A DNA stretch of 64,000 bases from Patescibacteria group bacterium (GTDB lineage Bacteria; Patescibacteriota; Dojkabacteria; J137), in NCBI GenBank assembly GCA_016861265.1, contig BOLA01000001.1:459569-523568 (forward strand). The letters run 5' to 3'. Below the pieces are notes generated by a model. That model searched no databases. It saw only the letters and a program-made list of their open reading frames with translations, and was not told the DNA's origin. Position 1 is the stretch's first letter; each line of letters starts with the position of its first letter. A program made the position numbers and the translations under genes. This document shows positions 1 through 8,135 of this stretch, piece by piece.

Positions 1-155
1 GATTTGGGAAAACTTTTGGCATTTTTATTAATTTATAAATACAAATTGCTTACAACATTAGTATATTGCTTTTTCCTATTAGCAATCAAATTATATACCT
101 GCTAACTTTTTTAATCAACAGCAAAGTGCTATAAACGTTAACTGACAAGTGGATT

Positions 156-518
156 TTAGTTTAAACTTACAAATTCAAAGTGTTCAATTGAATACTCACC
201 TTCCTTAATTGTTACTCCAACATAATCAAATCGCCAGGGACAATCTTGCATTTTATTTTTATATAACCAGTGATTTATAGTCTTACTAAGATTTTTCTTC
301 TTGGAAGAACTCAAAGTGGAATAAATATCTCTATCCTCATTAAACTTTAGGCTCCTTACCTCCACAAAGACAATAAAATCTTGATCCCTCATTATCAAAT
401 CAAGTTCTCCACCTTTAATATAAAAGTTTCGTTCAAGCAAAATAAAGCCCTTATCTTCAAGGAAGTTAAGGGCTTTTGTTTCGTATAGGTTACCGGAATC
501 TCGTTTATTCCAAATCAT
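156..518 (-). CDS. YraN/UPF0102-family predicted endonuclease
   Basis: 120-aa ORF with a GGELDLI-type core motif and a size typical of the UPF0102 (YraN) family. It sits at the end of the ribosomal-protein cluster. Confidence 0.5.
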   Translation of the reverse strand: MIWNKRDSGNLYETKALNFLEDKGFILLERNFYIKGGELDLIMRDQDFIVFVEVRSLKFNEDRDIYSTLSSSKKKNLSKTINHWLYKNKMQDCPWRFDYVGVTIKEGEYSIEHFEFVSLN

Positions 519-913
519 CTCTTTGAGTATTGTTCTGCCTTTCTTGCTTTTCTCAAACCAGCTTTCTTTCTTTCTACCATTCTAGAATCTCTTACTAATA
601 ATCCAGCATCTTTCAATGCTTTCTTCTTTTCAGGGAATCTTTTAATAATTGCTCTAGCAATTCCTAATTTGATTGCACCTAATTGAGATTGAACTCCTCC
701 ACCTTTTGCAACAACAGTGTAACTTACACCGTCAGTTTCTAGTTCTGCAACTCTGAAAGGTTCTTCAATTTGAGACTGTTCTGGTTTTAATGGATAAACT
801 TGATCTAAAGCCTTACCATTAATTGTACTCTTACCCTTTTTTAAGAATAATCTTACAGTTGCTACCGAAGTTTTTCTTCTTCCTAATGCGTAGTAATATT
901 CTAATTCTGCCAT
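515..913 (-). CDS. rpsI: 30S ribosomal protein S9
   Basis: Basic C-terminus (RKARKAEQYSKR) and an S9-like core (GGGVQSQLGAIKLGIARA). It is adjacent to rplM, as in the conserved rplM-rpsI operon. Confidence 0.9.
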   Translation of the reverse strand: MAELEYYYALGRRKTSVATVRLFLKKGKSTINGKALDQVYPLKPEQSQIEEPFRVAELETDGVSYTVVAKGGGVQSQLGAIKLGIARAIIKRFPEKKKALKDAGLLVRDSRMVERKKAGLRKARKAEQYSKR

Positions 914-922
914 ATTTTTAAA

Positions 923-1369
923 TTAAATTCTTATATTTCTAATATCTACTTGTTGCAATTCTTCAGGTGTATGTGGATGATTTGCATCTGCATAAACCTT
1001 TAAGTTATTGAACATATCATCACCTCTTTTATTTCTTGGCAACATCCCTTTTACAGCAATCTCAATTGGTCTTTCTGGATGTTTGCTGAATGAATCATCT
1101 AAACTTGTGAATTTTAAACCTCCAGGAAATCCTGAATAGTTCTTATAGAATTTAGTCATTCCTCTTTTGAAAGTAAAATCAATATCCTTTGCGTTAATAA
1201 CCACAACCTTTGTACTTGGGTTGTGATATCTTCTTACTAGAGGATTTGTTTTACCCTGTAGTAATTCTGCAACTTTTGTTGCAAGGTTACCAATTCTCAT
1301 TCCAGAAGCATCTACTAGATACCACTTTTCTTGAATTTCAGATTGTTTTATTTTTGTTACGCTCTTCAT
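923..1369 (-). CDS. rplM: 50S ribosomal protein L13
   Basis: L13-like N-terminus (KWYLVDASGMRIGNLATKVAELLQGK), 148 aa, directly upstream of rpsI. Confidence 0.9.
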   Translation of the reverse strand: MKSVTKIKQSEIQEKWYLVDASGMRIGNLATKVAELLQGKTNPLVRRYHNPSTKVVVINAKDIDFTFKRGMTKFYKNYSGFPGGLKFTSLDDSFSKHPERPIEIAVKGMLPRNKRGDDMFNNLKVYADANHPHTPEELQQVDIRNIRI

Positions 1370-1409
1370 AATTTATTTAGTGTGTAAAGCACTTAAAAGT
1401 TTATAATTA

Positions 1410-1883
1410 TTATTTTTTAGTTCCACTAACTGCTTTTTTTACTCTTCCAGTTACTGATTTCTTATTTTCTTCTTTTTGTCTTTTTTCTAATAATTTTTGT
1501 ACTTCAGATTTCTTTTCCTTTACTTCTGCATTCACTAGCATAATGTAAACTTGTGCTGCATTATCACCTTTTCTTGGTAATGTTTTTACAATTCTTGTAT
1601 AGCCTGAATTTCTATCTTGTAGTTGTGTTTCAACTACTTTATTAAATTTAGCAATTGCTTTCTCGTTTGAAGCAAAGAACGATTGAATCATTCTTTGACT
1701 AGATTCTCCTCTTTTTGAAAGAGTCACTAATCTATCAAATCTTGATTTAACAATCTTAGCCTTAGTAGGTGTAGTCTTAATCTGTTGATTTCTAACTAAT
1801 TCCATTACTAAACTTCTAGTAATAGAAGCTACATGACTAGCTGTCTTTCCTTGCATTCTAGGTTTTTTAATCTGTTTATTCAT
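1410..1883 (-). CDS. rplQ: 50S ribosomal protein L17
   Basis: L17-like sequence (KTASHVASITRSLVMELVRNQQIKTT). It lies downstream of rpoA, as in the alpha operon. Confidence 0.9.
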   Translation of the reverse strand: MNKQIKKPRMQGKTASHVASITRSLVMELVRNQQIKTTPTKAKIVKSRFDRLVTLSKRGESSQRMIQSFFASNEKAIAKFNKVVETQLQDRNSGYTRIVKTLPRKGDNAAQVYIMLVNAEVKEKKSEVQKLLEKRQKEENKKSVTGRVKKAVSGTKK

Positions 1884-1887
1884 ACCT

Positions 1888-2856
1888 TTATACTAATTTA
1901 ATTGAGTGTTTCTTTAAAATGTCTAATAATTCAGTAAATGATTTACTACCCATTCCTCTAATATTTGATAATTCTTCTTCTGTTAATCCTTCCAATTTAT
2001 TTAGATCATCATATCCAGACTTTACCAATGCATTAGTTAATCTAGTAGATAGATTTAAATCATTAACTCTTAACTCAGGTTTTGAAACGCTTTGTGAGCT
2101 AACTGTCTGAGCTAATTTTTGTTTTTGATTTAAAGCTACTGTAACTTCGTTACCGGAAAGCATTTGTTCTGTTAAATCTGCTAAGTGATTTGTTAATTGG
2201 TTTAAAATATCTGCAGAAACATGTAAAGCCTCTACTGCAGAAACTGCACCGTTTGTTTCTACAACCAAGTTTAATTGATCAAGTTCTGTTTCTTGTCCTA
2301 CTCTAGTTTGTGTAATTGTATAATTTACTAGGCTAACAGGAGAAAAGGTTGCATCTACTGGTAACATTCCTAATTCTTTTCTTGCAGATTCATCACCTGT
2401 TGCAAATCCGACTCCTCTTTTTACAGTTAATTGAGCCTTGAATCTTGATTTAGCGTTAGTTAGCTTTGTAATTACATATTCAGGATTTATAATCTCTACT
2501 TCTGATGTAGTTTGAATATCACCTGCCTTTACCTCAACAACTTCTCCATCCTTTCCTTTAACATCAATGTCTAGTACTACAGGTTCTAAACTCTTTGATA
2601 CTAAAACAACATTCTTTAAAGATAGAATAACAGCAAGAATATCATCAGATACACCTGCTAATGTTGAATACTCATGTTGTACACCATCGATTTTTACTGC
2701 TGTAATTGCAGAACCTGGAATAGAAGATAATAGAATTCTTCTTAGATAAACTGCTAATGTATGACCATATCCCTTTGGTAATGGTGCAATAGCAAAAGTA
2801 GCGGTATTACCTTTTTCTTCCACTTTCTTAATACTGAATTGATTTAAAGCAACCAT
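1888..2856 (-). CDS. rpoA: DNA-directed RNA polymerase subunit alpha
   Basis: 322 aa with an N-terminal dimerisation domain and an alpha-CTD (NDLNLSTRLTNALVKSGYD...LEGLTEEEL). Order is rpsD-rpoA-rplQ. Confidence 0.95.
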   Translation of the reverse strand: MVALNQFSIKKVEEKGNTATFAIAPLPKGYGHTLAVYLRRILLSSIPGSAITAVKIDGVQHEYSTLAGVSDDILAVILSLKNVVLVSKSLEPVVLDIDVKGKDGEVVEVKAGDIQTTSEVEIINPEYVITKLTNAKSRFKAQLTVKRGVGFATGDESARKELGMLPVDATFSPVSLVNYTITQTRVGQETELDQLNLVVETNGAVSAVEALHVSADILNQLTNHLADLTEQMLSGNEVTVALNQKQKLAQTVSSQSVSKPELRVNDLNLSTRLTNALVKSGYDDLNKLEGLTEEELSNIRGMGSKSFTELLDILKKHSIKLV

Positions 2857-2924
2857 ATTTAAATTTTAAAATTTTAAAATTTAAAATTCCCAAAATTTGT
2901 TCAGGAATTTTAATGTAATTAATT

Positions 2925-3515
2925 TTATCTAGAGTAAAGCTCAATAATTAATCTTTCCTTAATACTTGAGTCCATTTGATCTCTTGTTGGTTCAGCAACA
3001 ACCTTTCCACCTTTTTCTAATCTTTCTATCCAAGCAGGAACAACATAACCCTTATTTTGAGCTAAGATTTCGTTTGCCTTTGGCATTAATCCATCTTTAA
3101 TCATAATCTCATCTCCAGGTTTTAAAATTGTAGATGGAATATTATGTTTTTTACCGTTTAAAGTAATATGACCATGAGTAACGAACTGCCTTGCCATTGC
3201 TCTTGTATTTGCAAATCCAAGTTTATATAAGACATTATCTACTCTAAGTTCTAATAACTGTAAAAGTCTAGTGCTAGTGTTTCCTGAAGATTTTAAAGCA
3301 AGTCCGTAAAATCTTAGGAATTGAGCCTCGCTCATTCCATACATTCTTTTTACTTTCTGTTTTTCTCTGAACTGAATTGCGTATTCAGAAGGTCTCTTTG
3401 ACAATACTGGGAATTGACCTGGCATTGACATTCTTCTTTTCCATTTTTCAGAACTACCTAAAACTGTAGCTTGTTCTCTTCTGTTAATTCTCCATTTAGC
3501 ACCTGTATATCTCAT
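2925..3515 (-). CDS. rpsD: 30S ribosomal protein S4
   Basis: S4 N-terminus ([14 protein letters not shown]) and an S4 RNA-binding domain ([27 protein letters not shown]). Confidence 0.9.
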   Translation of the reverse strand: [196 protein letters not shown]

Positions 3516-3556
3516 ATTGTTATTAGTTTATAATATTTCTTTAATTAATAAAGCTC

Positions 3557-3988
3557 TTATTTCTTTGGAGCTCTTCTTGGTTTGCAACCTCCGTGTGGTA
3601 CAGGGGTTTTATCAGTTAAAAGAGTAATTCTTAATCCGCCGCTTCTAATTCCTTTTACAGCAGCCTGTCTACCTACTCCAATTCCTCTAATTACAACCTC
3701 AGCTTCTCTAGCACCTGCAGTTACTGCTTTTCCAGCAGCATCTTCTCCTGCCTTAGTTGCAGCATAGGCTGTACTTTTCTTACTACCTATAAACCCAACT
3801 TTACCGCAGCTACTCTGAGAAATCACATTTCCTTCGTAATCACATATGCTAATAATTGTATTGTTATATGTAGATCTAATATTAACCATTACCTTTGGTG
3901 ATGTTAATTTTAGTTTCTTCTTTTTTACTACTTTAGCAGCTTTAGAAGCTGGCTTAGCACTAGTTTTTGCTTTAGTTTCCTTTGCCAT
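3557..3988 (-). CDS. rpsK: 30S ribosomal protein S11
   Basis: S11 core (FGSKKSTAYAAxxAGEDAAGKA..., C-terminal GGCKPRRAPKK). Order is rpsM-rpsK-rpsD. Confidence 0.9.
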   Translation of the reverse strand: MAKETKAKTSAKPASKAAKVVKKKKLKLTSPKVMVNIRSTYNNTIISICDYEGNVISQSSCGKVGFIGSKKSTAYAATKAGEDAAGKAVTAGAREAEVVIRGIGVGRQAAVKGIRSGGLRITLLTDKTPVPHGGCKPRRAPKK

Positions 3989-3996
3989 ATTATTAA

Positions 3997-4377
3997 TTAT
4001 TTAGTAACTTTATTTTTTAATCCACCAACTGCAATTCCTCTTCCTTTTCTTGTTTTAGAATTGCTTCTAGTATTTTGACCTCTTACTGGTAAACCAGCCT
4101 TATGCCTTACTCCTCTGTAGGCTCTAATATCCTTGATTCTTTTAATAGCCTGAAAAACACCTTGTTTTACTTGTCCTTCAGTTGGAACATTCTTTTCAAT
4201 ATATTCGTATAGTCTTCTTGTTTCAGCCTCTGACAAATCTTTAGTTCGTTTGTTTGGATCAATGTTTGTTGCTTCTAAAATTTTCTTTGAAGTTGTTAAA
4301 CCAATTCCATAAATATATCTTAGAGAAGCTTCTATTCTTTTTTCATTTGGTATTTCTACTCCGACTATTCTTGCCAT
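3997..4377 (-). CDS. rpsM: 30S ribosomal protein S13
   Basis: S13 N-terminus (MARIVGVEIPNEKRIEASLRYIYGIGLTTSKKIL), 126 aa. Confidence 0.9.
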   Translation of the reverse strand: MARIVGVEIPNEKRIEASLRYIYGIGLTTSKKILEATNIDPNKRTKDLSEAETRRLYEYIEKNVPTEGQVKQGVFQAIKRIKDIRAYRGVRHKAGLPVRGQNTRSNSKTRKGRGIAVGGLKNKVTK

Positions 4378-4404
4378 ATTATTAATTATTTAAGTTATAA
4401 GAGA

Positions 4405-4557
4405 TTATCCCTGTCTTTGTTTGTGTCTGGGATTAGCTTTGCAATATACATAATAAGTAGGTCTAAACTCAACTTTTCCGTTGGTCACCTTTCTTTTATT
4501 TCTTTTTACAATGTAGCAATATCTACATCTTTTTTGAACGCTTGCTTTTACTTTCAT
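4405..4557 (-). CDS. rpmJ: 50S ribosomal protein L36 with a ~14-aa internal insertion
   Basis: Hand-translated 50-aa ORF missing from the ORF track: [50 protein letters not shown]. The L36 ends are conserved (MKVxASVxKxCRxCxIVKR ... NPxHKQRQG) and the position between rpsM and infA is canonical. Confidence 0.7.
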   Translation of the reverse strand: MKVKASVQKRCRYCYIVKRNKRKVTNGKVEFRPTYYVYCKANPRHKQRQG

Positions 4558-4727
4558 GTTCCGAATTATAAAATACATTAGCTATAAAAGCCAGATGTAT
4601 TTTGTTCTATAAGATAAAATCTCAATTTAAAGTTCCCCTTATAGGAGAGTTTCTAAATTAATTGTCTAAATTTTAAATTTAGCCATAAATACACGTCGTG
4701 CATTTATAACAAAAATACCGATTAATT

Positions 4728-5021
4728 TCAACCATTATTCTCTACCTGAACTACCGGCTTCTGTCTACTTGTTAATCTTCTAAAGATAATACCTCTGTCG
4801 ATATCGTAAAGGGAGATTCTTAATAATACTTTATCCCCTAGCTCAAGGTTAATGAATCTGGTCTTCATTTTTCCAGATACGTGACAGGTAAGGGTATGTT
4901 TAATACCTTTGAAGTCAATTTCAACTTTGTATTCTAATTTGGGAAGAGCTGCGACTACAGTACCTTCTACTTCAATTGTCTTATCACTGTCCTGTTTTTG
5001 GGTTTTCATGTATATACGCAA
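4728..5021 (-). CDS. infA: Translation initiation factor IF-1
   Basis: S1-like IF-1 core (EVEGTVVAALP...FINLELGDKVLLRISLYDIDRGIIFRR). The true start may be the internal Met (MKTQKQ..., coordinate 5009). Confidence 0.85.
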   Translation of the reverse strand: MRIYMKTQKQDSDKTIEVEGTVVAALPKLEYKVEIDFKGIKHTLTCHVSGKMKTRFINLELGDKVLLRISLYDIDRGIIFRRLTSRQKPVVQVENNG

Positions 5022-5080
5022 AATTAAGCTTTAAATTTTAACAAAACTAGGCCAAATGTGCAATTGTTAAGGGAATTATG

Positions 5081-5848
5081 TTATTTCTGTCTTTTAATCT
5101 TCCCCCACATTAAGGAGAACCCGGTAAATATAAAACCAACACCTAGTGCAATACTAAGCATAAAACTTGGATTATCTGAGATTGCAGTATTGGGAATTAC
5201 AGTCGGAGTTTCTACAACCGGAGTTGTAGGAGTAGTTGGAGTTGTCGGCGTGGTAGGCGTAGTGTCTGGCTGTGGGTTAGGATTTCCCGCAACTGCCTGA
5301 GCCACGTTAACAGTAACCTCATTTACATTAAACGCAATTGGCTGACCATTTAACCTAGTAAGCCTTGTTCCATCAACAGCCGTAGCAACCTGTACCTTAG
5401 TCTGTCCCTGCTTTTGTGCCTGAAATTCAATTTCAACTACTTCTTTATTTACTTGATAGTCTATACCTGAAGCGGCAGAAGCAGTTACTGAAATTCTTCC
5501 ATCTGCGGCAATATTATCAGTGGATGGATCCTCTACCGTTAGCAGAGTATCCATTATAGTTACCTGAGTTCCAGGACTTGCTGGATCTTTATCTACAACA
5601 CTTAGAAAATCTTTATTATAAGTAATAACAACTTTATATTCACTTACTTTCAAGTCTCCTGTTTTCACCTCTACTCTAACCTTAAACTTGTCACCTACTC
5701 TAACTGTAGGATTATCCCAATTTAAAAGAACACTTGATGTTGTAGTGGAACCTGTGCCCGCTGTAATTTCTCCAAAGGTAGGTTGAGAAATAGCGTCGCT
5801 TGCCTGCGCCTCTACTTTAGGTATTAAAAAATCAATTAAACCTGCCAT
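5081..5848 (-). CDS. Surface-anchored protein with a cohesin-like beta-sandwich domain, a Thr-Pro repeat linker and an LPNTA-type C-terminal sorting signal
   Basis: Short N-terminal leader ending AQA/S. The central region matches the cohesin pattern (VRVGDKFKVRVEVK...EYKVVITYNKDFLSVVDKDP). It carries a (TTP)4 linker, then VIPNTA followed by a hydrophobic helix and a KIKRQK tail, a sortase-substrate-like architecture. Confidence 0.4.
   Translation of the reverse strand: MAGLIDFLIPKVEAQASDAISQPTFGEITAGTGSTTTSSVLLNWDNPTVRVGDKFKVRVEVKTGDLKVSEYKVVITYNKDFLSVVDKDPASPGTQVTIMDTLLTVEDPSTDNIAADGRISVTASAASGIDYQVNKEVVEIEFQAQKQGQTKVQVATAVDGTRLTRLNGQPIAFNVNEVTVNVAQAVAGNPNPQPDTTPTTPTTPTTPTTPVVETPTVIPNTAISDNPSFMLSIALGVGFIFTGFSLMWGKIKRQK
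5220..5264. repeat. Imperfect 9-bp x5 tandem repeat encoding the TTPTTPTTPTTP linker
   Basis: Units ggagttgta, ggagtagtt, ggagttgtc, ggcgtggta and ggcgtagtg lie antisense to the coding strand inside CDS 5081..5848. Confidence 0.6.
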
Positions 5849-6004
5849 ATTATTATTAGTACTTATTATAACGGCTTACACAAACTGTCTTACAATTAAG
5901 AAGTTATCTTATGATATTATATTCTTAACTAACTAAAACTTATAAGCTTAATTTATACTAGCAGAATTTTAGTATTGCTTCTAGTATTTAAAAAAGTATT
6001 AATT

Positions 6005-6817
6005 ATGCAGCAAGAACCACACATTTCAATAGTTATTGTTACATGGAATAGCGAGAAGGATATATTACTTTGTTTAAAAAGTTTAGCAAATCAAACATAC
6101 AAGAATTTTAATATTACTGTGGTCGATAATGCATCTAGTGATAACACAGTCAAAATAATAAGGGAAAACTATCCCAATATTGAACTTTTACCCCAAAATA
6201 CTAATTTATTCCTTACTGGTGCAAATAATCTAGGAATTGAATATTCAGTTAATAAATTTGGCTCAGACTTTATAATGGTCTTAAATCCGGATACCTATGT
6301 AGCGGAAGATTTACTGGAGGAACTCCTAAAACCTTTTGAAAACTCAAAGGTTGGGGCAACAGGCCCAATAGTTAAATTCTGGAAGAATCAGAACGAAGGA
6401 CTAATCAATTCCGCAGGTCTTTTCTATGATGGATTTATGCAAGCGTACGATATAGGCTTCATGGAGGAGGACAAAGGGCAATATAATAAACTAACAGAAG
6501 TATTTGGAGTTACTGGTGCTTGTATTATGTACAGAACGGAAATGTTAATGCAGATTGGACTATACGATAACAAAATCAAAATGTATCTTGATGAAGTTGA
6601 ATTATTTATTCGGGCACATAAGTCTGACTGGAAGGTAATATTAAACCCGAATGCGGTAATTGGGCATAATTATATGCAATCTACAAATAAGAATAAAAGT
6701 TTTAACAAAGAAAAACAGGTAAACAAAGCTTGGTTGATAATAGCTTTAAAACACTACTCTATAAAAAGCAAATTAGCGGTTATTAAATACTTTTTACAAA
6801 GTTACCTTTCTAAATAA
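6005..6817 (+). CDS. Family 2 glycosyltransferase
   Basis: ISIVIVTWNSEKDILLCLKSLANQTY...VVDNASSDNT is a classic GT2 (GT-A) N-terminus. The start is taken at the internal Met (MQQEPH) rather than the longer ORF beginning at 5975. Confidence 0.8.
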   Translation: MQQEPHISIVIVTWNSEKDILLCLKSLANQTYKNFNITVVDNASSDNTVKIIRENYPNIELLPQNTNLFLTGANNLGIEYSVNKFGSDFIMVLNPDTYVAEDLLEELLKPFENSKVGATGPIVKFWKNQNEGLINSAGLFYDGFMQAYDIGFMEEDKGQYNKLTEVFGVTGACIMYRTEMLMQIGLYDNKIKMYLDEVELFIRAHKSDWKVILNPNAVIGHNYMQSTNKNKSFNKEKQVNKAWLIIALKHYSIKSKLAVIKYFLQSYLSK

Positions 6818-6820
6818 AAT

Positions 6821-7828
6821 ATGAATATTCTAGTTACCGGAGGAGCTGGCTTTATAGGTTCTAATTTTATTCGTTACTGGTTAAAAAATAATTCTACCGA
6901 CAAAATATTCAACTTGGATAAATTAACCTATGCCGGAAACCTAGATAATTTACTGAAAGTCAGTAAATTACCGAACTACAAATTTATAAAAGGAAATATT
7001 TGTAATTTCGAAGAGATTTCCAAGGTAGTTAAAGCAAACAATATTGAAGTAATAGTTCATTTCGCAGCCGAATCACATGTCGATAGATCAATTACCGGTC
7101 CTGCGGATTTTATTAACACCAACATAAACGGGACATTTAATATATTAGAAACTATACGCAATAATCCGCACATAAGACTTCACCACATTTCAACAGACGA
7201 GGTTTTCGGAAGCCTAAGCCAAACGGACGCCAAATTTGATGAAAATACAAGATATTCACCAAGGAGTCCTTACTCAGCTTCAAAAGCCTCGTCCGATCAT
7301 CTTGTTAGAGCTTATATTGATACATACGGAATAAAGGCAACCATATCTAATTGTTCAAATAACTACGGTCCTTTCTGTTACCCGGAAAAGTTAATTCCGT
7401 TAGCAATTACAAGAGCACTATCTAACGAACTTATACCTGTTTATGGGTCTGGAGAACAGATCAGAGATTGGATTCATGTAGAAGACCACTGTAGAGGAAT
7501 TGAACTGATATTAAAAAAAGGCCAAATAGGCCAGACCTATTTACTGGGTGGGAATGGTGAAAGAACCAATATATGGGTTATAAAAACTGTTCTTAAATTG
7601 CTTGATAAACCCGAAAGCCTAATTAAATTTGTAGGCGATAGGAAAGGTCACGATTTTAGATATGCAATTAATTATAGTAAAGCTGAGAATGAATTAGGAT
7701 TTAAACCTCAAAAGACCATTGAACAGTGGTTAGAAGAGACTGTTAATTGGTATAAGAATAATCAACAATGGTGGGAACCTCTAAAAAAGAATGCGGATAT
7801 TATTGCTGACAAATACCTTCAGAATTAA
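6821..7828 (+). CDS. rfbB: dTDP-glucose 4,6-dehydratase (NAD-dependent epimerase/dehydratase)
   Basis: TGGAGFIGSNF Rossmann motif and YSASKASSDHLVRAY catalytic YxxxK, 335 aa. The sequence resembles RmlB. Confidence 0.8.
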   Translation: MNILVTGGAGFIGSNFIRYWLKNNSTDKIFNLDKLTYAGNLDNLLKVSKLPNYKFIKGNICNFEEISKVVKANNIEVIVHFAAESHVDRSITGPADFINTNINGTFNILETIRNNPHIRLHHISTDEVFGSLSQTDAKFDENTRYSPRSPYSASKASSDHLVRAYIDTYGIKATISNCSNNYGPFCYPEKLIPLAITRALSNELIPVYGSGEQIRDWIHVEDHCRGIELILKKGQIGQTYLLGGNGERTNIWVIKTVLKLLDKPESLIKFVGDRKGHDFRYAINYSKAENELGFKPQKTIEQWLEETVNWYKNNQQWWEPLKKNADIIADKYLQN

Positions 7829-7898
7829 GTTTTACAAATCAGGAGAATGCTGTTAAATTTAGTCAACCGTAAGTAACGTTCCCTAAGGGGAGGCAACT

Positions 7899-8102
7899 AT
7901 GGTAGCCAGATATAGACAGACTAGTAGGAGTAAAGCACCTACACGTCGCCATGAGTCACAAGGCGGTAAGCATCAAAGATTGGTCTGTACCTGCACCAGG
8001 GACAATTGTCCCGAGTGTGAGAACGGTTCCCACAGATGTGGGCACTGTGGGTATTATGACTGGATCGATGATAAAGCCGCAAAAACTGCGAAAGCAGGAT
8101 AA
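7899..8102 (+). CDS. Hypothetical basic, Cys-rich 67-aa protein in a GC-rich island; alternatively part of a structured RNA
   Basis: Strong Shine-Dalgarno sequence (aaggggagg, 5 nt before the ATG). The product has a basic N-terminus and three Cys pairs (CTC, CPEC, CGHC). Codon usage is GC-rich and atypical for this genome. Confidence 0.25.
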   Translation: MVARYRQTSRSKAPTRRHESQGGKHQRLVCTCTRDNCPECENGSHRCGHCGYYDWIDDKAAKTAKAG

Positions 8103-8135
8103 CAACATAGGGGAGGATTTACTTCTCCCCGATCC

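Noticed and set aside
5058-5300. 80-aa plus-strand ORF with a (VVG)n repeat
   Set aside because: Antisense shadow of the TTP-repeat region of the surface-protein gene 5081..5848. Low complexity, no RBS.
7860-8135. Tested the GC-rich island against tmRNA, SRP RNA, RNase P and tRNA consensus elements
   Set aside because: No GGAAAGUCCGG (RNase P), no GGAAGCAGC helix-8 motif (SRP), no GGUUCGANUCC T-arm or CCA end (tRNA/tmRNA) was found by eye. Left as an unclassified finding rather than an RNA gene call.
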